From: Planctomycetota bacterium
GTDB lineage: Bacteria; Planctomycetota; SZUA-567; JAKLDR01
Length of the DNA: 64,000 nucleotides
Reading direction: 5' to 3'
NCBI GenBank assembly: GCA_022703445.1
Contig: JAKLDR010000013.1
Location: forward strand, 2,599 to 66,598
Both the position numbers and the translations under genes were made by a program. This document shows positions 9,405-18,674 of the stretch, piece by piece. Every line of letters begins with the position of its first letter. Positions within the stretch are counted from its first letter, which is position 1. Under the pieces are notes generated by a model. It was given only the letters and a program-made list of their open reading frames with translations. It was not told where the DNA came from and ran no database searches.

Positions 9405-11423
9405 ATGACCGATTCCGAACCGACCGCCCTGCGCCGCCCCGGCGGTCGCAGGGGCTTCCTGCGGCTCATGGAGCAGCACCGCCTGGGGCGGGCCGTGGCC
9501 ATCGGCCTGCTGGCCGCCTCGGCCGCCCTCCTGCTCAGGTGGGCCGGCGCCCTGGACCGGGCCGAGCTGGCCGCCCACGACTGGGCCGCGCGCCGGACCG
9601 CCCCGGGCGGCCGCTCGGACCTCGTGGAGATCGTGGACTTCGACGAGCCATCGGTGCAGTGCTACGAGGAGGTCTTCGGCCCCTGGGGCCAGTGGCCGCG
9701 CGACGTCCACGCCGACCTGGTCAAGGCCATCGCCGCGGGACATCCCAAGGTCATAGCCGTCGACCTGCTCTTCGCTGGCGGGGGCGAGTCCGGCGCCGAC
9801 CGGGACCTGGCCGAGGCCTGCCGGACGGCCGGCAACGTGGTCCTGGCCTGCAGCCTGAACCCGGCCCCCTCCGGGCAGCCGGGCGCGACGGGCCGCCCGG
9901 AGCTGCCGGCAGCCGACGCCGAGAGGCTGTCGCTCGGCGCGGCGCCGCCCGGCCAGGCCATGCAGGGCGCCACCTGGCCCTTCCCGGGGCTGCTCGCGGC
10001 CTGCCGGGCGGTCGGTTCCATCCAGCTCGAGGCGGACCAGGACGCCACCGCCCGCTCGGTCAGCCCGGCGGTCGCCTACGGCGGCAGGCTCTGGCCGTCG
10101 ATGTCCACCGCCGCGGCCTCGGCCTACCTGGGCGCCCGGCCGGCGCTGGGCAACGGCCGCCTCAGCCTGGGGGGAGTCGAGTTCCCGCTCGGACCTGACG
10201 GCCGGCGGCTGCTGCGCTGGTACGGCCCGGGCACCGGGCCGGAGCCGCTGCGCCGCTACCGCAGCACCTCGGCCGCCTGGGTGCTGGAAGGGGCCCGCCG
10301 GCCGGAGGAGTGGCCGGCCCGGGCCAGGATGTTCGAGGGCCGGATCGTGCTGATCGGGTGCAGCGCGGCCGGGGGCTTCGACTTCCGGCGCACGCCCATG
10401 GGCCTGGAGCCCGGCCACTTCATCCACGCGGCGGCCATCGAGAACCTGGTCCGGGGCGACTCGCTGCGGCGGGCCGGGCCGGGCTGGTCGGCGCTGGCCG
10501 CCCTGGGCGCGGCACTGGCCGGGGCGCTGGCCTTCGCGGCCGGCAGCGCCAGGCGCGCGGCGCTGATCGGCTCGGGGGCGTCCCTGCTGCTGGCCGGGGC
10601 CTGCGCGGGAACCGGGCTGCTGCTCTTCGGCCGGTTCGGACTGTGGATCGACCTGGCCGCGCCGCTGGCCGCCCTGGGGCTGGCCCTGGCCGGCTCGCTG
10701 CTGGCCGGCTACCTGGTCGAGGGCCGCCAGGCCCGGGTGATGCGCCGGGGCATGGCCAGGTTCCTCTCCCCCGAGGTGCTCCACGACATCGCCGGGGACC
10801 TCGAGGACCTCCGCCCGGGCATGGGTCGCAAGCGCGAGATCACCGTGATGTTCTGCGACGCGCGCGGCTTCACCGGACTGTCCGAGCGGCTGGCCCCCGA
10901 GGCGGCGGTCGAGGTGCTCGACGCCTACCTGGGGGCCATGAGCGACTGCATCCTGGCCCACGGCGGGACCTTGTCGAAATACATCGGCGACGGCATAATG
11001 GCCTTCTGGAACGCGCCGGCGGACTGTCCGGACCACCCGGCCCGGGCGGCGCGCGCGGCGCTGGCCATGATCCGGGCGCAGGAGGGCATCAAGGAGCGCC
11101 TGCGCGCCGCCGGCCGCCCGGCCTTCGACATCGGCGTGGGGCTGCACGTCGGCGAGGCCATCGTCGGCACGGTCGGCTCCGAGCAGCGCCTGGACTACAC
11201 GGCCATCGGCGACACGGTGAACCTGGCCAGCCGGGTGGAGGGCCTGACCAAGGACTTCCGGGTGCGCATCTGCGTCACCGGGGACTTCGCCGGGCGCGCC
11301 GGACACGGCCGGTTCGAATTCCGGGAACTCGGCCGCGTCCAGGTCAAGGGGCGCAGCGCCGGAGTGGAGATACTGGAGCTGGCGGCGGAGAGGCCCGCCG
11401 CAGGGCAGGAGGAGCGGAAATGA
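9405..11423 (+). CDS. CHASE2 sensor domain-containing class III adenylate/guanylate cyclase
   Basis: ORF 9285..11423, started at ATG 9405. It has a TM segment plus a periplasmic region (CHASE2-like: VAVDLLFAGGGE...), then several TM helices, then a cyclase core ITVMFCDARGFTGLSE..KYIGDGIMAFWNAP..VGLHVGEAIVGTVGS..DYTAIGDTVNLASRVEGLTK. Confidence 0.9.
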   Translation: MTDSEPTALRRPGGRRGFLRLMEQHRLGRAVAIGLLAASAALLLRWAGALDRAELAAHDWAARRTAPGGRSDLVEIVDFDEPSVQCYEEVFGPWGQWPRDVHADLVKAIAAGHPKVIAVDLLFAGGGESGADRDLAEACRTAGNVVLACSLNPAPSGQPGATGRPELPAADAERLSLGAAPPGQAMQGATWPFPGLLAACRAVGSIQLEADQDATARSVSPAVAYGGRLWPSMSTAAASAYLGARPALGNGRLSLGGVEFPLGPDGRRLLRWYGPGTGPEPLRRYRSTSAAWVLEGARRPEEWPARARMFEGRIVLIGCSAAGGFDFRRTPMGLEPGHFIHAAAIENLVRGDSLRRAGPGWSALAALGAALAGALAFAAGSARRAALIGSGASLLLAGACAGTGLLLFGRFGLWIDLAAPLAALGLALAGSLLAGYLVEGRQARVMRRGMARFLSPEVLHDIAGDLEDLRPGMGRKREITVMFCDARGFTGLSERLAPEAAVEVLDAYLGAMSDCILAHGGTLSKYIGDGIMAFWNAPADCPDHPARAARAALAMIRAQEGIKERLRAAGRPAFDIGVGLHVGEAIVGTVGSEQRLDYTAIGDTVNLASRVEGLTKDFRVRICVTGDFAGRAGHGRFEFRELGRVQVKGRSAGVEILELAAERPAAGQEERK

Positions 11424-11926
11424 GAGCACGCGTGATCCCGAGGGTCCTGATGATCGCCGCGGCCGCGGTGGTCCTGGCCGGAGCGCTGGCCCTGGCCGAG
11501 ACGGTCTACGTCAAGGTCAGCAACGCCCGGGTGGTGGAGAAGCCGGACCCCTACAGCAAGCTGATCAGGCGGCTGCAGTACGGCGACCGGCTGGAGCGCA
11601 CCGAGCGGGGCGACAAGTGGGACAAGGTCGCCGTCGACGGCGCGACCGGCTACGTGCGCACCGAGGACCTGGACACCAGCCGCCCCAAGGACAACCGCAA
11701 CCCGGCCTGGAGCGGCGGGCCGTCGAGCTCCGACCCCACCTTCACCGCCGGCTCCCGGCAGCTCGGCCCGCTGGGCAGGAAGTACACCGCCGAGCACAAC
11801 CTCGAGGCCGGCCGCCGGACCGTCGAGGAGGTCCTAGACAAGCTGGCCGCCGAGCCCGACAAGCTCGACGCCTTCCAGCGCGAGGGCCGGGTGGGCGCCT
11901 TCGCCGGAGAGGAGGCGCGGAAATGA
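11420..11926 (+). CDS. Secreted SH3b-domain protein
   Basis: ATG 11420 overlaps the cyclase stop (ATGA). Signal peptide MRARVIPRVLMIAAAAVVLAGALALA. The segment YVKVSNARVVEKPDPYSKLIRRLQYGDRLERTERGDKWDKVAVDGATGYVRTEDL is bacterial-SH3-like. Confidence 0.65.
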   Translation: MRARVIPRVLMIAAAAVVLAGALALAETVYVKVSNARVVEKPDPYSKLIRRLQYGDRLERTERGDKWDKVAVDGATGYVRTEDLDTSRPKDNRNPAWSGGPSSSDPTFTAGSRQLGPLGRKYTAEHNLEAGRRTVEEVLDKLAAEPDKLDAFQREGRVGAFAGEEARK

Positions 11927-12786
11927 GCCGGCCGACCGCCTTCGTCGGCGGCGCGCTCGGCGCCGCCGGGCTCCTGGCCGCGCTGGCCGCCGGGGCCCTG
12001 ACTTCGGGCTGCACCCAGGAACAGATCACCAGGGGCATTCAGACCGCCGGGAAGGTGGCCCAGGCCATCAAGCCCTTCTCCTGGAGCGAGGAGAAGGAGA
12101 TCGGCGGGACCATCGCCGCGAAGGTCGCCGGCAGCAACCCGGTGGTCTCCGACCGCCGGGCCAACGCCTACGTCAACCTGGTGGCCCAGACCGTGGCCTC
12201 CCGCAGCGCGACCCCGGACATCTTCCCGCGGGTGGGCATCGTCCGCGACGAGGTGCCCAACGCCTACGCCTGCCCGTCCGGCTACATCTTCGTGACCACC
12301 GGGCTGCTCCGTACCTGCCGCGACGAGAGCGAGCTGGCCGGCGTGCTGGGCCACGAATTCGTCCATGTGGCCAAGCGCCACACCACCAACGAGCTGCGCT
12401 GGAAGCGGGGCATGAGCTGCGCCGCCGAGGAGGCCGCCAAGTACGGCCCGGGCCAGATCCAGGAGATGTACCCGGGGTTCAAGGGCATCGTCGACCAGGG
12501 CATCAACGGCGTGGTCAACAACCGGCACGGCGACAAGGCCGAGGAGGAGGCCGACCTGCTGGGCGCCGAGTGGGCCGCCCGCGCCGGCTACGACGGCGCC
12601 GGCCTGGGCCGCTTCATCGAGCGCCTGCCCGGCGGGGCCAGCGGCCGCTGGAAGGAGTTCGCCGTGTACAAGGACGGCACCACCCGCGCCCAGCGTATCG
12701 CCGCCAACATGGCCGGCCTCAAGCTCCACGCCGGCGGTGCCGCCAACGCCGAACGCTACAAGCGGGAGGTCGCCGGGGCGCTCTGA
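11923..12786 (+). CDS. M48 family zinc metalloprotease, lipoprotein
   Basis: ATG 11923 overlaps the upstream stop (ATGA). Lipobox-like LAAGALTSGC. It has the HEFVHVAKRH (HExxH) motif and a downstream acidic/E-rich segment typical of M48. Confidence 0.8.
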   Translation: MSRPTAFVGGALGAAGLLAALAAGALTSGCTQEQITRGIQTAGKVAQAIKPFSWSEEKEIGGTIAAKVAGSNPVVSDRRANAYVNLVAQTVASRSATPDIFPRVGIVRDEVPNAYACPSGYIFVTTGLLRTCRDESELAGVLGHEFVHVAKRHTTNELRWKRGMSCAAEEAAKYGPGQIQEMYPGFKGIVDQGINGVVNNRHGDKAEEEADLLGAEWAARAGYDGAGLGRFIERLPGGASGRWKEFAVYKDGTTRAQRIAANMAGLKLHAGGAANAERYKREVAGAL

Positions 12787-12811
12787 GCCCCTGACCAAGG
12801 CGCTTTCCGGA

Positions 12812-12846
12812 CGGCGGGGCCTGGGACAGGCCCCGCCGCTTTCTTT
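12812..12846 (+). terminator. Rho-independent terminator after the cyclase-SH3-M48 operon
   Basis: Perfect 10-bp GC stem CGGCGGGGCC (12812..12821) / GGCCCCGCCG (12829..12838), a 7-nt loop, followed by CTTTCTTTG. Confidence 0.7.
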
Positions 12847-13022
12847 GCGCAACCGGCATCATGAGGCCGTTTGACCGCACGCGGCGGGTATGTCGTAACG
12901 GGCACTCACGGGACCCGACGTCGCCGCCAGTGGCGGAACGCCGCCGGTAAAATCGAAAGCCCGGCCCCATACACCCCCCAATGGATGTCTGGAGGGGGGA
13001 CCCGCATGAAAGGCGCAGCACC

Positions 13023-16000
13023 ATGCCGGAAGCCGGAGACACACCCGTCCCACCCTCTGTCAACCAGGCCGCGCCCGCAGCCCTAGGCTCCACGCCCCCC
13101 GCGGCTCCGACCGGGAGACCGGCGGCGCAACCCGGGCCGGCCTGCGGCCGGAGCCGGCGCTGGCTGGCGGCGTTCATGATCCTAAACGCACTGGGCCTGG
13201 CAGCGGTCGTCTGGCGGATCGAGGCCGGCAACCGCGCCGGCCGATCCCTCCGGGCAGTCGGCATCTCCCCGGCGAACCCGGCGGACCCGGACAGCACCAG
13301 GGAGCTGGCCGTCGAGCTCAACGCCCCGATCGATCCCGAGACGCTGGCCGCCGACACCCTCCGCCCGGTGCCCTTCACCCCGGGGCGGACTGTGCTCCGC
13401 GGCCCGCGGACGCTGGTCTACCTCCTCGACGAGAAGCTCAAGGGCGCCACCGCCTACCGGTTGGAGTTCTCTCCGCAGCTGCGTGGGCTGGGCGGCCAGC
13501 TGCCGCCTCCTAAGCCGGCGGCCGTGGAGACGCCGCGGCTGGAGCTTCTGCGGGTGGCCCAGGTCAACCGCGACGCCTCCGGCGACTGCACCCTGGTGTT
13601 CGAGTTCAACTTCCCGGTGAGCCCCGCGGAGCTGCTGCGCAACGTGACCGTGATATCGCCCCAGGGCACACGGCCGGAGATCGAGAAGCTCGGCGGCGCC
13701 CCGGAAAGGAGCGTGCGCCTGCGCTGCCGGAACGTGCCCTGGAGCCGGCTGCGCGTGGAGGTGGCTGCGGGCCTGGCCGGCACGGAGGGGCCGCTGGGCC
13801 TGGCCGCGGCCTGCGCGGCGAACGTCGACGTTTCCGGCCGGCTGCGCCTCCTCGGCATGAGCCCGGAATTCCGAGGCGACGTCCCGACCGTCCGGGTGCG
13901 CCTCAACGCCCCGGCCGAGGTGGGCCCGGCCGCCCGGCTAGTCAACATCGACCCGCCAGTGAAGTTCAGCGTAGAGCCAAGCAGCGAAGGGCTGGAGATC
14001 CTGGGGCCCTTCGAGTGCGGCGGGCGCTACACGGTCACGCTCAAAGCCGGGCTCGCCGCCGGCGCAGTCCGGCCGCTGGCCGCGGACGTCTCCCGGACGG
14101 TGTGGTTCCCGGACAAACCGGCGGAGCTGCGCTTCGCGGGCGAGGGCGGATACCTCTCGCCGGGCGGCATGCTCAGGCTGCCGGTGCGCACCACCAACAT
14201 CACCAAAATCCGCATCGGACTGCAGAAGCTCCACGCGCATAATGTGGTCGAGTACGTCGCCCGCAACGAGCGCAGCGTCCGGCGGCTAGCGGCCGGCGCA
14301 CCGACCCTGGAAGTGGCCGTCGCCGGCCCGCGCAACCGCGAGGTCGAGACCCTGCTGGACCTGCGGGAGCTGGCCACCCACGCCTTTCCACGGAGCGGTG
14401 CGGAGGGCGCAGGCCGGGCCCCGGCAGGGCCCGATGGCATCTATTGTCTGGAGCTCCAGGGCGACCCCGAGCGCGGCTGGTACGACGAGACGGTCATGCT
14501 GGTGGTCACCGACCTGGGCGTCTCGGCCCGAGTATGGGAAGGCGGGGCCCTGATCTGGGTGACCTCGATCGCGACCGGCAGGCCGGTGGAAGGGGCCAGG
14601 GCGACCCTCTACTCGGCCTGCCGGATCCCGCTGGGCTCCGGAACCACCGGCGCGGGCGGCCTGGCGACGCTCGGGTTCGCTCCGCCGACCGGCGACGACG
14701 AGCCGGCGTTGGTGGTGGTCGAGCGCGGCGAGGCGTTGAGCTACCTCAACCTCGAAAGGGGGGAGCGCTCCCGGGGGCCGGCCGCGGCCGGCGGCAGGGA
14801 TTTCCTCTCCCGCGGCTACGAGGTGGCCGCGGCCAGCGAGCGCGGAGCCTACCGCCCCGGCGACGTCGTGCACCTGAGCTCCTTCGTTCGCGGCGAGCGG
14901 CTGGCGGCGCCGCCGCCGATGCCGCTGGAGGTCGAGGTGGTCAGGCCCGGCGGCAGACGCCTGACCCGGCTGACCGCGATCAGCGACACGGCTGGCCGGC
15001 TGACCCTCGACGTGCCCGTGCCGGCCGGCGCGCCGACGGGCCGCTATCGCGCGCACTGGCGGCTGCCGGCCACGGAACGGGTCCTGGGGTCCTGCGATTT
15101 CCTGGTCGCCGACTACATGCCGCGCACCCTGCGCATGAAGCTCGACGCCCCCGCCGGCCGGCTGGGCGCCCGCGAGCCATTCAGGGCCGGCGTCGAGGTC
15201 CAACACCTCTTCGGGGACAGCGCCTCCGGATTGGCGACGGCCTGCCGCGCCCGCTTCACGGCCGTGGATTTCACCCCCGGCGGTTGGGAGGGCTTCCGGT
15301 TCGGAGACCTGCGCGTCCGGCGGGGGGAGGCCCGCGAGCACCTGGTTGAGCAGCGCTTGGACGCCGGCGGCCGGACCAGCTTCGAGCTCAGGCCGCCGGA
15401 CGTGGCGACGCCGGCGGCAATCCGCGCCGAGGTGGAGGTCGAGGTCCGCGAGAGCGGCGGCCGGGCCATGTCCGAGCGGCTGGTGCGCGACCTCGATCCC
15501 TGGCCCTTCTATGTGGGGGCGCAGCCGCCGGAGCAGCCGCCTATCGCCGGCCGACCGGCGGTTTTCGAGGTCGCCGCGGTGCGCCCCGACGGACGGCTGG
15601 TCGAGCCGGCAGGGCGCTACAGCGCCTCGCTCTACCGGGTGATCCACAACAACGTCCTGCAGCGCGTCGGCCGCGGCCGGCTGGAATACGTGGACATGCC
15701 CCACGAGGAACTGGTGGCCACGGTCACCGGCGACACCGCCGGCGGACGCGCCCGGGTCCAAGTCACTCCCGACCGCGCCGGCGAACACCGGCTGGTCGTC
15801 GGGATCCCCGGCGGCTGCAGCCTGGCCTGCGACCTCTACGTCGGAGGCCCGGGCGGCGGCGGGGTGCTGGCCGACCCTGAGTCGCTCCGGCTGACCCTCG
15901 ACAAACCCAGATACCGTCCCGGCGAAACCGCGCACCTGGCGGTCCGCGCGCCCTTCGGCGGCACGCTGCTGCTGGCGGTCGAGACCGACCGCGTCCTGGA

Positions 16001-18674
16001 AAGCCGCGTGGCAGAGCTGCCGGCCGGCGGGGAGGGCACCTTCGACTTCGCCGTCTCGGAGGCCTGGCGGCCAAACGCCTACCTGACCGCCGCGGTGGTA
16101 CGCGCCGCCGAGCCCGAGGAGGAGTGGCGCCCGCATCGCGCCTCGGGCGTCGTGCGCCTTCCGCTGGACAACGCCGACAAGCGGCTCAGGGTGGAGGTGG
16201 AGTCGCCCGCGGAAGCCAGGCCCGACCGCGAGGTGAGCCTGACCGTCCGGGTGCTGGGCGCCGACGGCCAGGCCAGACCTGGGGCGGCAGTGGTCCTGGC
16301 CGCGGTCGACGAGGGCGTGCTGGCGCTGACCGGCTTCCGCTCTCCCGACCCATTCGGCGCCTTCTTCGCGCCTCGCCGGCTGTCCGTCCGCGAACACGAC
16401 ATGTACTCGCGGCTGGCGCCGGAGCTGCTCGTCTGGAAGGCAGCCAGACCGGCGGCGCCAGGCGGGGACAGCGGCGGCGCCCGCGATGACGGAGACACCG
16501 GCGCGGAGATGTCGCGGCGGCTCAGTCCCGTTGAAGCCGGCCGGGTGCGGACCGCGGTGCTCTGGGCCGGCTCGCTCACCGCCGGCGAGGACGGCGCGGC
16601 CCGGGTGACGCTCCGCGTGCCCGAGTACATCGGCGAACTCCGAGTGATGGCCTCAGCCGCCGCCGGCGACTGTTTCGGCGCCGAGTCCCGGCCCCTACCG
16701 GTGCGCAGCCCGCTCATGCTCCGAGCCTCCTGGCCGCGCTTCGCCGCGCCCGGCGACGAGTTCGAGGTGCCGGTGACCGTCTTCAACAGCACCGCGTCGG
16801 CCGGACCGGTTGCTCTGCTGGTCGAAGGGGTGGCGGAGGCCGGCTCCGCGGCGGTCCTGACCTTCGCCGAACCGCCACCCGCCGTCGTCGAGGTCCCCGC
16901 AGGTGGGGAGCGCACCGTGAAGCTGCATATCCGCGCCGGAGCCGTCGGTCGCTCCGCGGTGCGGATTTCGGCTTCGCTTGGTGCCGAACGCTGCGCCGAC
17001 TCGCTCGAACTGCCGGTACGGCCACCGGTGCCAATGGCCAAACGGTCCGGAACCGCTCTCATCGAAGCCGGGGAGGAGACGCGCATCACCCCGGACGCCG
17101 AGTTCTATCCGGGGACGGCCAAATGCTCACTGGTGGTGGCCGCCAGCCCGGTCGTGGAGCTTTCCGGGGCACTGGGCTTCCTGCTCCAGTACCCCTACGG
17201 CTGCGTGGAACAGACCACGTCGCGCCTCGTGCCGCTCATCTACCTCCGCGACCTGGCGGCGCTATCCTCGCCGGGCGCGCTGGGCGACGGGGACGTGGAG
17301 GGGCCGCTGGCCGCCGGCATCGCACGGCTGGCCTCCATGCAGACCCCGGGCGGCGGACTGAGCTACTGGCCGGGCGGCTCCGAAGCCAGCCCCTGGGGCA
17401 GCACCTACGCGGCCGACGTACTGCTCGAGGCCAGGAAGGCCGGCCACGATGTGCCCGCCGATCTGATCGACCCGCTGCTGGCTTACCTTCGCAAGGGCCT
17501 GGACAGCTGGGCGGCGTCCGACCGGCCCGCCGAGGAGGAGGACCCTGACGAGACCCCGACGACCGGTATGGTCCGCCCGCTGGTCGGCGCAGGGCCGCGC
17601 GCCGGTGGCCCGGGCTGCCACGCCCCAGCCGTGGCGGCCTACGCCTGCTATGTCCTGGCCAGGAGCGGCCGGCCGGCGCACGCCTGGATGGCCAGTCTCG
17701 AGGAACAGTGCCGCCACGATGCCAAGAGCGTCCCGGCCGGCGCTCGCTTCCACCTGGCGGCAGCCTTCCTGGCCTCCGGCCACGCCACAGTCGCGCGGGA
17801 ATTCACCGCCGACGCCCGGCCGACCTGCACGCTCCGCGAGACCGGTGGCAGTCTCGACTCCCCGGTCCGCGAGGCGGCGGTGATGCTCGGCGTGCTTCTG
17901 GACGCTGACCCCGGATCGACGCAGGTCCCGGCGCTGGCCGAGCGCCTGCGCAAGGCGACCAAGGCCGGCCGCTGGGGCACCACCCAGGACAACGCCTTCG
18001 CGCTCATGGCCCTGGGCAAGTACGCCCGCCGGCTCGGCCAGACCTCCGAACTCGGCGGGACGGCGGTGCTCCCGGACGGATCGGAGATGAGGTTCGGCGC
18101 GCGGCAGGGTCTGTGTCTGAAGGAGCTGCGCCCCGGCGACTCGGTGCGGATCCGGGCCGACCAGGGCAAGGGCCGGCTCTACGCCTTCTGGGACGCCGAG
18201 GGCGTGCCCCGGGACGGACGGATCCGTGAGGAGGACTCGGGGCTCTCGATCCGCCGCGAGATGCTGGCCGCCGACGGCAGACCCCTGCCGAAGGGAGCCA
18301 CACTGGAACAGGGCCGGCTCTACCAAGTCCGGCTGGTAGTCGAGAACCCGCGCTGGGCCGACAACGTGGTCATCACCGACCTGCTGCCGGCGGGCCTGGA
18401 GATCGAGAACCCCGACCTGATTGGCAGCGCGGGCCGGGCCACGGCAGGGCAGTCCACGGGGGTCGACACGCTGTCGGCCCGCCACATCGAGCGACGCGAC
18501 GACCGCCTGCTGGTCTTCGCCAACCTCTGGAGCGGGCGGGCCGAGTACCGCTACGCTGTCCGGGCGGTGACTGCCGGGAAGTTCGTGCTCCCGCCGACCG
18601 AGGCCGAATGCATGTACGACCCGGGCATCTTCAGTATCAACGGCGGGGGCAAGGTGGAGGTGGTTGCCAGGTGA
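13023..18674 (+). CDS. yfhM: Bacterial alpha-2-macroglobulin family protein (YfhM type), thioester-containing
   Basis: ORF 12981..18674 (~1.9k aa); start is ATG 13023 or 12981. N-terminal TM anchor RRWLAAFMILNALGLAAVVW. Thioester motif YPYGCVEQTT (CVEQ at 17202..17213). It is followed by pbpC with a GTGA overlap, which is the known A2M-PBP1C pairing. Confidence 0.9.
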   Translation: MPEAGDTPVPPSVNQAAPAALGSTPPAAPTGRPAAQPGPACGRSRRWLAAFMILNALGLAAVVWRIEAGNRAGRSLRAVGISPANPADPDSTRELAVELNAPIDPETLAADTLRPVPFTPGRTVLRGPRTLVYLLDEKLKGATAYRLEFSPQLRGLGGQLPPPKPAAVETPRLELLRVAQVNRDASGDCTLVFEFNFPVSPAELLRNVTVISPQGTRPEIEKLGGAPERSVRLRCRNVPWSRLRVEVAAGLAGTEGPLGLAAACAANVDVSGRLRLLGMSPEFRGDVPTVRVRLNAPAEVGPAARLVNIDPPVKFSVEPSSEGLEILGPFECGGRYTVTLKAGLAAGAVRPLAADVSRTVWFPDKPAELRFAGEGGYLSPGGMLRLPVRTTNITKIRIGLQKLHAHNVVEYVARNERSVRRLAAGAPTLEVAVAGPRNREVETLLDLRELATHAFPRSGAEGAGRAPAGPDGIYCLELQGDPERGWYDETVMLVVTDLGVSARVWEGGALIWVTSIATGRPVEGARATLYSACRIPLGSGTTGAGGLATLGFAPPTGDDEPALVVVERGEALSYLNLERGERSRGPAAAGGRDFLSRGYEVAAASERGAYRPGDVVHLSSFVRGERLAAPPPMPLEVEVVRPGGRRLTRLTAISDTAGRLTLDVPVPAGAPTGRYRAHWRLPATERVLGSCDFLVADYMPRTLRMKLDAPAGRLGAREPFRAGVEVQHLFGDSASGLATACRARFTAVDFTPGGWEGFRFGDLRVRRGEAREHLVEQRLDAGGRTSFELRPPDVATPAAIRAEVEVEVRESGGRAMSERLVRDLDPWPFYVGAQPPEQPPIAGRPAVFEVAAVRPDGRLVEPAGRYSASLYRVIHNNVLQRVGRGRLEYVDMPHEELVATVTGDTAGGRARVQVTPDRAGEHRLVVGIPGGCSLACDLYVGGPGGGGVLADPESLRLTLDKPRYRPGETAHLAVRAPFGGTLLLAVETDRVLESRVAELPAGGEGTFDFAVSEAWRPNAYLTAAVVRAAEPEEEWRPHRASGVVRLPLDNADKRLRVEVESPAEARPDREVSLTVRVLGADGQARPGAAVVLAAVDEGVLALTGFRSPDPFGAFFAPRRLSVREHDMYSRLAPELLVWKAARPAAPGGDSGGARDDGDTGAEMSRRLSPVEAGRVRTAVLWAGSLTAGEDGAARVTLRVPEYIGELRVMASAAAGDCFGAESRPLPVRSPLMLRASWPRFAAPGDEFEVPVTVFNSTASAGPVALLVEGVAEAGSAAVLTFAEPPPAVVEVPAGGERTVKLHIRAGAVGRSAVRISASLGAERCADSLELPVRPPVPMAKRSGTALIEAGEETRITPDAEFYPGTAKCSLVVAASPVVELSGALGFLLQYPYGCVEQTTSRLVPLIYLRDLAALSSPGALGDGDVEGPLAAGIARLASMQTPGGGLSYWPGGSEASPWGSTYAADVLLEARKAGHDVPADLIDPLLAYLRKGLDSWAASDRPAEEEDPDETPTTGMVRPLVGAGPRAGGPGCHAPAVAAYACYVLARSGRPAHAWMASLEEQCRHDAKSVPAGARFHLAAAFLASGHATVAREFTADARPTCTLRETGGSLDSPVREAAVMLGVLLDADPGSTQVPALAERLRKATKAGRWGTTQDNAFALMALGKYARRLGQTSELGGTAVLPDGSEMRFGARQGLCLKELRPGDSVRIRADQGKGRLYAFWDAEGVPRDGRIREEDSGLSIRREMLAADGRPLPKGATLEQGRLYQVRLVVENPRWADNVVITDLLPAGLEIENPDLIGSAGRATAGQSTGVDTLSARHIERRDDRLLVFANLWSGRAEYRYAVRAVTAGKFVLPPTEAECMYDPGIFSINGGGKVEVVAR

